NCBI GenBank assembly: GCA_963665325.3
Contig: OZ224045.1
Span: 1,472,001-1,536,000, forward strand
Source: Alphaproteobacteria bacterium
GTDB taxonomy: Bacteria > Pseudomonadota > Alphaproteobacteria > Bin95
DNA length: 64,000 nucleotides
Reading direction: 5' to 3'
Shown: in pieces, positions 50,701 through 59,559 of the stretch
How the letters are laid out: each line of letters opens with the position of its first letter
Position numbering within the stretch: position 1 is the stretch's first letter
The notes under the pieces: generated by a model
The model's input: the letters and a program-made list of their open reading frames with translations, nothing else
The model's database searches: none
Told to the model about the DNA's origin: nothing
Program-made: the position numbers and the translations under genes

Positions 50701-51409
50701 GGCGCTCGGCGATGTCGCGGGTGACCTCGGCGCTCCGCCGGGCGGGGTCGAGCGACTGCGGGTCGGTCCAGACTGCCCGCAACCGGGCGCGGATAGCCGG
50801 ATCGCGCAGGCTCGCCAGCGGAATGGAATAGCCCTCGCGATCCGGAAATTGGGCATAATTCTTCCCCTGGCCGGAGAAGTCGGCATAGACCTCGAAGACG
50901 TGTCCGACATCGACGACGAGGATGAAAGGCGGCCAACCGTGCTCCGCCGGCAGGGCGCGGGCATAGCCCTCCGCCTGTTGTTTGGCGGCGCTCATCGTCC
51001 GGTCCCAGCCGCGTGTGCCGCGCGTCGCCGCGCCTGCCTTCGCCTGCATGGCATCCTCGGAAAGCATGTCCGTCTGGCGTGGGTCTGCGGTGTTCTTCGC
51101 CTTCCGCTTGGCGGACTGCTTCGCCTCCATGACGAAGCTGCCGCGCCGGTAAAGGTCGATCCTTCCCGGCGTCGTGCTGCCGTCGTCATGCTTGAAGTCG
51201 ATGCGCCGCTCGAACACATAATTGTTGTATGCGTTCTGCGTTAGTGACGGTTCGGGTTCCGGCAGGCGGAGCAGACGGCAGAGTTCGCCGGCGAATGTCT
51301 GGAAGTTGGCCAATTCCGAGCCGCCGGATTCCCGCCAGCGGTCGATGAGGGCGTCGATATCGGCGGCGGCGACGCCGTCCTCGGGCATTTCGGTTTCCGA
51401 GCCTGTCAC
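47777..51409 (-). CDS. MmeI-like type IIG/IIL restriction-modification enzyme (nuclease, N6-adenine MTase, TRD)
   Basis: IDLYRRGSFVMEAK nuclease motif, GAHYTP, LDPACGTGNF, GNPPF, KHRFF, DPRYSK; start GTG 51409 or ATG 51388. Confidence 0.9.
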   Translation of the reverse strand: MTGSETEMPEDGVAAADIDALIDRWRESGGSELANFQTFAGELCRLLRLPEPEPSLTQNAYNNYVFERRIDFKHDDGSTTPGRIDLYRRGSFVMEAKQSAKRKAKNTADPRQTDMLSEDAMQAKAGAATRGTRGWDRTMSAAKQQAEGYARALPAEHGWPPFILVVDVGHVFEVYADFSGQGKNYAQFPDREGYSIPLASLRDPAIRARLRAVWTDPQSLDPARRSAEVTRDIAERLARIARSLEDRGHHPEEVAEFLMRCLFTMFAEDVGLLPEKGFETLLGRMVDTPQHFAPALESLWQVMDEGGYAPHLNATVRRFNGSLFRKRTAIPLEANEIRELRIAAGRDWRDVEPAIFGALLERALDKRERGELGAHYTPRAYVERLVVPTIIEPLRADWEAALAEAHALDEAGDRDAALNRVKDFHHKLCTTRVLDPACGTGNFLYVSLELMKRLEGEALDALEGLGENAPRFVMEGETVGPRQFYGLELNPRAVAIADLVLWLGYLKWQLRTFPLDRIAEPVLHAYGTIREQDAVLAWDRQEVLRGEDGKPLSRWDGVTMKLHPITGEEIPDPDAQVELYRYENPRPAEWPEAEFVVGNPPFIGGKDMRLKLGDGYAEACWKARKKVPGGADFVMHFWDEAAARLLGKPRKGGINPLRRFGFITTNSVTQTFSRRVIERHMEAKEPLALAYAVPDHPWLKAVDKAAVRIAMTVAVRGGSEGRLAAVVREDGLNTDTPLVELRERNGRIAGNLKVGADITAVRPLLANDMISSPGVKLHGAGFKVTPRQAEALGLGSVPGLEKHILPYRNGQDLARHPRGVMVVDLWPLSAKQVREQFPRVYQHVLDHVKPDRDQNNRRTYRDNWWIFGEPRSDLRPVLEPLDRYIATSETSKHRFFQFLDANIRPDNMLVCIGSDAASLLAVLSSRVHVHWSIEAGGWLGMGNDPRYSKSRTFDPMPFPALDGQNNLAPVLADLGERLDSFRKERLAERNFLTMTALYNVLERVRELDNGCEVPALTPKEREAHETGLVSVLKEIHDDIDRGVFEAYGWADLAPALIGRPGATMPSPHKTPEQEEAEEELLARLVALNRERAEEEQVGTVRWLRPDYQIPKLGHKAKGHQEEADLAAPKAAKGKPAWPREELARIRALRDMLDRAAAPAGAAALSEAFKGKDSPRRCKAVEKTLETLAAAGAAQRTADGPDGENRYFIPR

Positions 51410-51622
51410 TCTACCAAGAACCTGGGATATCGGGTTCCGGCATTAACGACCGTCAGGTGATCGGGACCGGCGATTGTCATGCAGCAGGCCGCTGAAGCGC
51501 GATTGACGGAGGCCACGTCAGACGAGGATAGCACATCGTGCGTACTCCGGGACGCACCGTGGACAAATCCTCGGAGAACACCGAATGTCAGCTGACCAAT
51601 TCAGCCGGAATTTGCCGGCTTG

Positions 51623-51886
51623 TCAGTTTGCGCGAGGCTCCACGATCACCCGTCCACGACCCCGGCGAACGATATAGCCGCCGCGCCGGATCATGAGCTT
51701 GCCGTCCTGAATGAGGCCCCATAACGCATCGCGGATAACCTCCGCGTTCGTGTCGGTCTCCGGCGCTTCAACCGATTGGGCGAGCCACTTGGCGAATGCC
51801 TCGTCGGCAATGGCGGGGCCCACTGACTTGCGAAGGGCATTGAGCTTTCGGAGTTGGCCCTTCTTCAGGGCGGTTTCGTCGATCAT
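51623..51886 (-). CDS. Small basic hypothetical protein
   Basis: 87 aa, KKGQLRKLNALRKSVG..RRGRGRVIV; divergent from the relaxase. Confidence 0.65.
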   Translation of the reverse strand: MIDETALKKGQLRKLNALRKSVGPAIADEAFAKWLAQSVEAPETDTNAEVIRDALWGLIQDGKLMIRRGGYIVRRGRGRVIVEPRAN

Positions 51887-52135
51887 GAGGCGTTGCCAAT
51901 TGTCCGGTCATGGGGTTGCTGTAGACAGACGGCTCAAGGTCTGAGCCGTGGCGAATATATCCGATTCCTCCGCCCGACATGACAGCTTTTTCTCATGGCC
52001 GGAATCGAGGCAACTGTTGCTCCGAAAGAGGTTGCCCGTGCGACTCGGAACGGCCGCCGTACACCCTGTCGCGACGCATGGCCGGTCGCTGCCAACAACT
52101 ATGAGCGCACGGTCTTTCCCGTCTAGAATGGTGTC

Positions 52136-55100
52136 ATGGTCGCGACGGTGACGAATATCGGCTCGGCGAGTTCGACGGTCCACTATTTCGAGCAGGACGG
52201 CTACTACGCGAAGGGGGACCCGGAGCACCGCAAGGCGAGCTTCTGGCACGGGGAGGCGGCGCAGGCGCTGGGCCTGGGGCGGCACGTGTCGCCGAAGCGC
52301 TTCAATGCGATCCTTGAGGGCCATGTGCCGGGGACGGGGCTGCGCCTCGGCCGCATGCGCGACGGCGGGCACCAGCACCGTCCGGGATTGGACGTCACGC
52401 TGTCGGCACCGAAGTCGGTGTCGCTGGCGGCTCTGCTGCACGGCGACAAGCGAGTGATCCGCGCGCATGACAAGGCGGTGCGGGCGGCGCTGGACCGGGT
52501 GGAGGCGGAGCTGTTGAAGACGCGGGGCTGGGACCCCGCAACGCGGCGCCGCCCGCGCGTGAAGGCGCACGGCATGGTGGCGGCGACCTTCCGGCATCTG
52601 GCGAGCCGCAACCTGGACCCGCAGCTGCACACGCATTGCGTGGTGGCGAACATGACCCGGAACGGCGCCGGGGAGTGGCGGAGCATCGAGGCGACGGCGA
52701 TCCGGCGCAACAGGAAGCTGATCGGGGCGCATTACCGCAACGAGCTGGCGCGGCGGCTTCAGGAGATGGGCTACGAGACCGTGCCGACGATGATCGGGCC
52801 GGTGCCGGGCTTCGAGCTTGCGGGCTATGACCGGGAAATGCGCGACGCGTTCTCGACCCGGCGCCGCGACATCCTTGAGGACATAAAGAAACGGGGCGGC
52901 CCCTACAGCGCGGCCAGGGCGCAGCAGGCGGCGCTCTTCACGCGGCGGCGCAAGGCGGAGCCGGCCATGCATCTGCTGCGGCGGATATGGCGGCGGCGTG
53001 CCCGCGAGGCCGGCCTGCTGCCCCGCGAGGCGGCAGCACGGGCAAGGCGCGAGCGGCGGGACAGGCGGCAGGCAGACGCGCGCCCCGTTCTGCCGGTGCT
53101 TGAAGCGGTCTGGCGGGCGGTGGAACATCTGGAGGAGCGGTCGTCGGTATTCGCGGCGGGCGACATTGCGGCGCATGCGCTCGGCCAGGCGCCCGGGCGG
53201 TATTCGGTCGAGGAGGCGGAAGCGGCGATCGAAGCATTGCGCCGTGACGGTCATCTGGTTGAAGCGGTACTGCGCGGGGCGGACCGGGCCTTCGTCACCG
53301 ACCGGGCGCTCAGGGCCGAGCGCGGCAATATCGGCTGGATGCGCGACGGCGCCGGCGCCGGGCAGGCGGCGGCGGACGGGGCGGCGGTGGAGACGGAACT
53401 GGCGGCCGGCCTGCTGACGGAAGGCCAGCGCGAGGCGGTGCGCACGATCCTGCTGTCGTGCGACCGTGTGGTGGGCGTGCAGGGCCATGCGGGCACGGGC
53501 AAGACGACCATGCTGCGCGAAATGGCGCGACTCGCGGGCGAGCGAAAGGTGGTGGGTCTCGCGCCGTCGAAGGCGGCGGTGCGGGCGCTGGAGCGGGAGG
53601 CGGGCATTCCGGCGCGGACGCTGCAATGGTTCCTGGCGCGCCACCGGGATATCGGCGACCGGATGGCGAGCCCGGAGCGGCTGGCCGAGGCGCGGCTCGC
53701 GTTCGGCGGTGCGGTGCTGGTGGTGGACGAGGCGTCCATGGTGAGCGCGGCGCAGATGCGCCAGACGATGCGCATTGCCGAGCGGATCGGGATCGCGCGC
53801 CTGGCACTTGTCGGCGACAGCGGGCAGCTGCGTTCGGTCGAGGCCGGTCAGCCCTTCCGGCAACTTCAGCAGGCGGGCATGGCGACGGCGCGCATGGACG
53901 AGATCCTGCGCCAGCGCGACCCGGACCTGCACGAAGCGGTCGTGGCCATACGGGAGGGGGAGCCTGCCGAGGCCATGGGCCGCCTCGGCGACAATGTCCA
54001 CGAGGCGGAAGCGGACGAGCTCGGCGAGGCGGCGGCCCGGCTCTGGCTCTCGCTCCATCCCGAGGCGCGCGCCCGGACGGCGATCCTGGCGCCGACCCAT
54101 GCGCTCAGGGAGGACATCAACGAGGCGGTGCGCGAGGGGCTTCGCGACGAGGGCGTGCTGCACGGGCGGGTTCTGGAGATCGAGCGGCTGGTCGGCCTAG
54201 GGCTCACGCGCGCGCAGAAGGCCGATATCGCCAGCTACCGCCCCGGCGACGTGCTGGTCTTCCACAACGACATTTATCAGTTCCGGGTGAAGACGGACGA
54301 TGCCTGCACGGTGACGGAAACCGATCGTGGACAGGTATCGCTGCATCATCCCGACGGGCGGCCGCGCCGGATCGATCCCTCGGACCCGATCCGCTACCGC
54401 TACGAAGTCTACGAGACGCGCCCGATCCGCCTTCAGGCGGGCGACCGCATCCGGTGGACGCGCAATGACGGGAAGCGCGGCCTGGTCAATGGCGACGAGG
54501 CGGAGATCCTCTCCATTGGCTACCGGTTCGTGAAGCTGGAGACGGATGACGGCCTCACCCTGTCACTGCGCCGGGACGATCCGCAGCTGCGCCATGTCGA
54601 CCATGCCTGGAGCGCGACCCTGCATGCGGCGCAGGGCACGACCCGCGACAATGTCATCGCAGTGCTGGACTCGGGCCATGACGCGCCTGTGGACCGGGCG
54701 GCGTTCTATGTCGGGATCAGCCGGGCGCGCGACAATGCGGTGGTGCTGACCGACAACCGCGAGGACCTTGTCGAGGCGCTGGAGGAACATGCGGGCCTGC
54801 CGATGACGGCGCTGGAGGCGGTGGGCGAGGAGATCGCCCCGCCTGTGCCCTTGCCTATCCCGGAGCACGAGGCGGTGTGGCCGGAGCTTTCCGCCTGGCG
54901 CGCGCTGGAGGAGGAGGCGCGGCAGCAGGGCACGATCCCGTATTATATGGAGGGATGCGCGGAGGCGGTCGAACGGCTTGCCGAGCTTGGCCGCGCCCCC
55001 GGCATATCGGCAGGTATCGCCGCCGAGGCGAAACGCGCGGCCGAGACGCACGAAGCGGCAGCCGCGGCCCGCGCCGCCCTCGACCGGCTGCATGAGAAAC

Positions 55101-56464
55101 TCGAGGCCGAAATCGCCGGGCGGACCGGCCTTACCGACAGGACCGGCGACCGCGGGCGCGACTACGAGCTCTGGTGCGCGGGGGAGCTGAAGCTCCGGGC
55201 CGAGGCGGACGGGATCGCCGGAGAGGAGGAACGCTACCGGCCGCATCTCAACGCCTTGCCGGCGATTCGCGACGGCATCGCAGAAGCTTGCGAGAAGCTG
55301 AAGGGCATCCTCGAAGCGGACAAGGCCGTGCTCCCCATCCTGGATGACTGGAGGGCGCTGGACGGGCGCGCGAGGGAGGCCGGAACGCACTGGTTCCACG
55401 AAGACGGCCGCGAGGACGTGCTCAGCCGCATTGAAACGGTGCCGGAACTGCCGCACATGGACGCCGCCCTGCGCACGGGCCTTGCCGCCATTGTCGCGGA
55501 GGGACGCGGCATCGCCGCCGCGGAAGACAGGTTCAGGCCGCTCGCAAAGAGGCTCCGCGACTGCGTGGAGAAGCGCCAGCGCCTGATCGAGAGGACCGGG
55601 GAACTCAGGGCGACATATTCGCTCGATTCGCGACTTGAGACCTGGCGTGAGGAGGCGGGCCGCCTCCTGGACGAGGCGCGGGACCTGCTGGATGCAGGCG
55701 GCTCGTTCGCGCATGCCGGCGCCCTGCCGGACCTGCGCGACGGCATTGCGGCGGACCGCAGGTTGCTGACGGACGCGGTCTGGCTTGACCGGCGCCTTGC
55801 GGCATGCCTGCTGGAGAGGCGGGAGATCGCGAGGCGGGAGAGCGAGGGGCCGCTCTTCTACCGCGAGGGCAATGAGGAGGTCGTGCTGCGCATGCGGCTG
55901 ATGGCGATGGAGCCGGAGCTGAACGGGGACACGCGCGCGCTCCTCGACCGGCTGGTCGCGGAGCATGACAGGGAGGCGGCGGCACGCTCGGAGGTGGAGG
56001 GCCTCGTCCGGGACCTCGGCTCCGCCCTGGAGGCGCGTGAGCAGCTGTCGGACGTCACCGCGCCGCGCGGCAGGAGCCTGACGGAGGACGGGGCGAGCTA
56101 CCGGATCTGGTCGGAGGTGGCGCGGCAGCTCTGCAGGACGGCAGAGCGGATTCTCGGAGAGGAGCGGTATGCCGTTCACCTGGACCGTATCGAGGGCGCG
56201 CGCGAGGCCATCGGACGGGACGGGAAGAGGCTCTCGCAGGCGCTGGAGACCGATGCGGCTTACGGCAGGATCGCCCCGAAGCTCGGCCGCTACGACCTGG
56301 GCGGTCCCGAACGGAGAAGGGTCGCCGGGGAGGCCCGGCGGCTGCTGACGCGCCCGGAACTGGACCCCGGCGCCCGCAAGAGGCTCGAACGGCAGGTCGG
56401 CATCCACGATGCGGCCCGGCGGCAGGACCGCAGCCGCGATATCGGCGGCGGCATGACGCCCTGA
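52136..56464 (+). CDS. MobF (TrwC/TraI-like) relaxase-helicase
   Basis: HYFEQDGYY, DVTLSAPKSVS, HLASRNLDPQLHTH, GHAGTGKT, DEASM, HAAQG. Confidence 0.95.
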   Translation: MVATVTNIGSASSTVHYFEQDGYYAKGDPEHRKASFWHGEAAQALGLGRHVSPKRFNAILEGHVPGTGLRLGRMRDGGHQHRPGLDVTLSAPKSVSLAALLHGDKRVIRAHDKAVRAALDRVEAELLKTRGWDPATRRRPRVKAHGMVAATFRHLASRNLDPQLHTHCVVANMTRNGAGEWRSIEATAIRRNRKLIGAHYRNELARRLQEMGYETVPTMIGPVPGFELAGYDREMRDAFSTRRRDILEDIKKRGGPYSAARAQQAALFTRRRKAEPAMHLLRRIWRRRAREAGLLPREAAARARRERRDRRQADARPVLPVLEAVWRAVEHLEERSSVFAAGDIAAHALGQAPGRYSVEEAEAAIEALRRDGHLVEAVLRGADRAFVTDRALRAERGNIGWMRDGAGAGQAAADGAAVETELAAGLLTEGQREAVRTILLSCDRVVGVQGHAGTGKTTMLREMARLAGERKVVGLAPSKAAVRALEREAGIPARTLQWFLARHRDIGDRMASPERLAEARLAFGGAVLVVDEASMVSAAQMRQTMRIAERIGIARLALVGDSGQLRSVEAGQPFRQLQQAGMATARMDEILRQRDPDLHEAVVAIREGEPAEAMGRLGDNVHEAEADELGEAAARLWLSLHPEARARTAILAPTHALREDINEAVREGLRDEGVLHGRVLEIERLVGLGLTRAQKADIASYRPGDVLVFHNDIYQFRVKTDDACTVTETDRGQVSLHHPDGRPRRIDPSDPIRYRYEVYETRPIRLQAGDRIRWTRNDGKRGLVNGDEAEILSIGYRFVKLETDDGLTLSLRRDDPQLRHVDHAWSATLHAAQGTTRDNVIAVLDSGHDAPVDRAAFYVGISRARDNAVVLTDNREDLVEALEEHAGLPMTALEAVGEEIAPPVPLPIPEHEAVWPELSAWRALEEEARQQGTIPYYMEGCAEAVERLAELGRAPGISAGIAAEAKRAAETHEAAAAARAALDRLHEKLEAEIAGRTGLTDRTGDRGRDYELWCAGELKLRAEADGIAGEEERYRPHLNALPAIRDGIAEACEKLKGILEADKAVLPILDDWRALDGRAREAGTHWFHEDGREDVLSRIETVPELPHMDAALRTGLAAIVAEGRGIAAAEDRFRPLAKRLRDCVEKRQRLIERTGELRATYSLDSRLETWREEAGRLLDEARDLLDAGGSFAHAGALPDLRDGIAADRRLLTDAVWLDRRLAACLLERREIARRESEGPLFYREGNEEVVLRMRLMAMEPELNGDTRALLDRLVAEHDREAAARSEVEGLVRDLGSALEAREQLSDVTAPRGRSLTEDGASYRIWSEVARQLCRTAERILGEERYAVHLDRIEGAREAIGRDGKRLSQALETDAAYGRIAPKLGRYDLGGPERRRVAGEARRLLTRPELDPGARKRLERQVGIHDAARRQDRSRDIGGGMTP

Positions 56465-56467
56465 GGG

Positions 56468-56920
56468 TCAGCTGTCCGGCCGGCGGGCCTTTGCGGCGTA
56501 TTGCCGGGCGAGCTCCGAACCCCGGGCCTCGCCGAAGGCGTCCCGGAGCAGGCCGCGCATCCGCTCTTCCTGGCCCATCTCGATCATGTCGGTCATGAGC
56601 CGTTCGAGCAGCACGCCGAGCACCGCCGGCAGTTCCGCCATGCCCGCCGGATCGGGCGGGGCCGGACCCAGCCACCGCTCGGCGATGCCCGCAACGCGGT
56701 CGTGCAGTTGCCGCTGTTCTTCCTGTCCGAGGATGAGGGAGGGCGGCGAGGCAGCCTCGTCTTCGGCAGCATCGAGGTCGACCGTCAGGCCGCGCTCGAT
56801 GACGAAGGGCGAGAGGTTCATGCCGGCTTCCGCCGCGCGCTTGCCGATTTCCTCCCTCTGCCAGTCGGTGCAGGAGAAGGAGCGCACGATCTTCTTCGGC
56901 CCGGAGCGCGGACGCCTCAT
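56468..56920 (-). CDS. Ribbon-helix-helix (MobC/NikA-like) protein 3
   Basis: RSFSCTDWQREEIGKRAAEAGMNLSPFV. Confidence 0.65.
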   Translation of the reverse strand: MRRPRSGPKKIVRSFSCTDWQREEIGKRAAEAGMNLSPFVIERGLTVDLDAAEDEAASPPSLILGQEEQRQLHDRVAGIAERWLGPAPPDPAGMAELPAVLGVLLERLMTDMIEMGQEERMRGLLRDAFGEARGSELARQYAAKARRPDS

Positions 56921-57237
56921 GCCGCCTCTCCCGGTTCTTCGGACGCCAGCAGTCGGCAGAGGAGCGCGACCGCCTCGAAGGCGGACATGTCCATGCCCGG
57001 CAGCGGCGCCAGCATGGTCCGGCTGCAAAGGTCGAGCCGCGCTACCCGGTCGTGGAGTTCCCGCTGTTCCTCCCCCGTCAGCACGAGAGCCTGTCCCGTA
57101 CGGGGCTCCGCATCGCTCTTCAGCGCGCAGGCGACCAGGAACGGCGAGACCTTCATGCCCGCCGTCTTCGCCCGCGCCTGGATGCGCGACCACTCCGCCG
57201 GCGTCGGATAGAGGCAGCGCGACTTCGCCTGCTTCAT
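56917..57237 (-). CDS. Ribbon-helix-helix (MobC/NikA-like) protein 2
   Basis: RCLYPTPAEWSRIQARAKTAGMKVSPFL; ATGA overlap. Confidence 0.65.
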   Translation of the reverse strand: MKQAKSRCLYPTPAEWSRIQARAKTAGMKVSPFLVACALKSDAEPRTGQALVLTGEEQRELHDRVARLDLCSRTMLAPLPGMDMSAFEAVALLCRLLASEEPGEAA

Positions 57238-57563
57238 GCCAGTTCCTCCTGCCGGTCCAGCCAGGCGTCCACTTCGGCCGCCAGCGCCGCGCGCTCCTCC
57301 GACACATGCTGGCCGGCCATACGCTGTTCTTCGATGCGGCCGAGCAGCAGCACCTCACGCGCCACCTGCCGCCAGATCTGCGCCGGCAGCCCGCCCGGCC
57401 CCCGGTCCGGCGGCGGGCCCGGGTCCGCCTCCACCAGCCGGTGGACGATGAAGCGCGAGACCGGCATGCCCGCCTCCTTCGCCCGCGTCTTCAGCCGGAG
57501 CCACTCGCTGTCGGTCACTGTAATGGCGTGCTGGCGCCGCCGGTCCTCCCTGTCCCTCGTCAT
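57234..57563 (-). CDS. Ribbon-helix-helix (MobC/NikA-like) protein 1
   Basis: HAITVTDSEWLRLKTRAKEAGMPVSRFI; ATGA overlap. Confidence 0.65.
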   Translation of the reverse strand: MTRDREDRRRQHAITVTDSEWLRLKTRAKEAGMPVSRFIVHRLVEADPGPPPDRGPGGLPAQIWRQVAREVLLLGRIEEQRMAGQHVSEERAALAAEVDAWLDRQEELA

Positions 57564-57626
57564 GACCTTCGTCCTTTCCCGTCATCGCCTGTATTTTGTC
57601 AACGGTGCCGCCGCTGGGGGAATGCC

Positions 57627-58310
57627 ATGACCGACAAACCGCCCGAAACCGCTCTCGACCGCCTGAGGGCGGGGCTGAACCGCCGGAACGATCCGCCGTC
57701 CCCCACGCCGGTTCCTGAATCCTCCCCGGGCCCCTCGAAACCGGTCGCCGCCGCACCGCCGCCGGTCGAGCCGGCCCCCATCGACGAGCCGGCGCCACGG
57801 ATGCCGGAGACGCCGTTGATCGCCCGCGACGAACAACCCCAAACCGGACCGGAGCCGCAGACCGTGAACGCCGCCCGGCTGCGCGCCATGCAGGAAACCC
57901 TCGACCGCCAGAAAGTCAGCCACCGCAAGGAACTCCTCGGAACCCGCCTCCGGACCAACCTGGTGTGGGCAACGATCGTCGCACTCATGTCCGCTGTTAT
58001 CGCCGCCGCCACATACCTCCCGGCCTTCCCCATGCAGGACGACTGGTTTCGGGGCACCTGGCCCTGGCGCGCCCATGTCTGGAACCGGTACGGCGGCGCC
58101 GCCATCTGGTGCATCAACGAGGCCCGCAAGACGAAAGGGCCGCAGCCCTTTGTCTGCCAGATCAATTTCACAACAGACGGCCCCGATTGTCCCCGGCCCA
58201 AGACAAGGGACGTCACCGCCGCGTATCTCTGCCCGCCTTGGGAGACGACCTGGCCGACCGACCCCGCGCCGCGCTGGAGCGCCGATGGCCCGCCGCAGTG
58301 GAGCCGGTGA
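57627..58310 (+). CDS. Hypothetical single-pass membrane protein (Pro-rich N-terminus, Cys-containing C-terminus)
   Basis: MTDKPPET.., TM LVWATIVALMSAVIAAA, several Cys. Confidence 0.55.
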   Translation: MTDKPPETALDRLRAGLNRRNDPPSPTPVPESSPGPSKPVAAAPPPVEPAPIDEPAPRMPETPLIARDEQPQTGPEPQTVNAARLRAMQETLDRQKVSHRKELLGTRLRTNLVWATIVALMSAVIAAATYLPAFPMQDDWFRGTWPWRAHVWNRYGGAAIWCINEARKTKGPQPFVCQINFTTDGPDCPRPKTRDVTAAYLCPPWETTWPTDPAPRWSADGPPQWSR

Positions 58311-58580
58311 GCCGCGGGCGGCAGCATATTGCTCCAGTGGCGCCCGCCACAGCACAACAATTGGCCCATATTTCCAACGAAATTACCCATAGTAAGCCAT
58401 AGGCAAAATTATCGACATATATTCCATACATGGCAGATTTCGGTCCAAATCCCCTATGAGCCAATGTAGATCCATTCACTTGAACTGTTGCCTCCGGAAT
58501 ACACATCCAGTTCCCCGAATGCAACAGAATGGCTCTCGGAAATGCTGCTGATTAGTTCGCAAGATAACTCGGATTGTATC

Positions 58581-58609
58581 TTGACATGCATTTTAAGACA
58601 CTGTATTCA
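58581..58609 (+). promoter_or_regulatory. Outward-facing sigma70-like promoter at the island right end
   Basis: TTGACA-N17-TATTCA with an extended -10 TG. Confidence 0.5.
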
Positions 58610-58680
58610 TGATCGAAATGGGAGAACGATGACGCTGTGGCCAAACATGAAGCAATCCTGAAAAATAGTTGTTTTGTGTT

Positions 58681-59261
58681 ACACCGAGCAACAGGACGCC
58701 ATCGCCGCAGAACTGGATGTCGCGGTGGCCGTGGAGCGCCACGGCGGCAACCCGCACGGCAATCTATACGGCGTCACCGGAACGCCCCGGCATACCTTCC
58801 GGGCGAACGTGGACCACCTGTTCGGGACGGTGGCCGCGTCCGGCAAGCCGACCCTCGGGGTCGGGGACGGCGGCAATGAGGTCGGCTTCGGCAGGATCTA
58901 CGACACGCTTTGCGCCCGCATGCCGGAATACAACCTGAAGGAGAAGACCGCGTGCGGCGGCGGCATCTTCACGGTGATGCCGACCGACGTGCTGGTCGTC
59001 GGAACGTCGTCCAATATCGGATGCTACGGCGTTGTCGCGGCGCTCGCGCTCAGGCGAGGCGAACTGGAGCTTTGCCACACGCCGGACGAAGAGCGCGCCA
59101 TCACCGCCTACGGCGTCGAGCTCGGGCTGACCGACGGGGGCAGCGGGACGGTGATCGCCGCCGTGGATGGCGTGCCCGTGGACGACAATGCGGCTGTCGT
59201 CCACCTCATGCGGGCGGTGGTCCGCCGCGCGCTTTCCCGGCCCGGCGACCGGGGTTTCTAG
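58681..59261 (+). pseudogene. DUF4392/D-glutamate cyclase-like gene, 3' part
   Basis: AVAVERHG, TLGVGDGGNEVGFG, SSNIGCYG, VDGVP. Confidence 0.85.
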
Positions 59262-59266
59262 GGCGC

Positions 59267-59460
59267 AATACCGGCAGCGGTTGATCGGAACCGATAGCGA
59301 GGGCGCCTCTGCCGTCGGCCCGGTCCTCTATCCTCCTCATCCCGAGTAGCGGCGTCAGCCGCGTATCGAGGGAGGCGTTTCCACCGGTGCTACGGTCCTT
59401 CGATACGCACCCGCTGGTGCGGGCGCTACTCAGGATGAGGAGAGGGCCGGGACGCCGAGC
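59267..59460. repeat. Copy of block 13006-13230, including a type A palindrome
   Basis: AATACCGGCAGCGGT..CCTCATCCCGAGTAGC..CTACTCAGGATGAGG..GACGCCGAGC; between convergent genes. Confidence 0.88.
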
Positions 59461-59559
59461 GGGGCGGCGCCAACGCCGCCATCCGAAATGTTCGCCGCGT
59501 TCGGCGCGGCGGCGCCAACTCATGAGTCTTAACCCGGCACCGCTGGAAAAAGCGGGGCC

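Larger units (their letters stand above)
36065..58692. mobile_element. Integrative mobilisable element / genomic island (~22.6 kb)
   Basis: Imperfect direct repeat ACACCGCGCAGC (36065-36076) / ACACCGAGCAAC (58681-58692); split host gene; integrases at the left end; relaxase near the right end. Confidence 0.88.

Noticed and set aside
58310-58560. AT-rich minus-strand ORF fragment
   Set aside because: No convincing start or recognisable motif; possibly a relic.
36065-58692. Prophage or self-transmissible ICE
   Set aside because: No virion, T4SS or coupling-protein genes.
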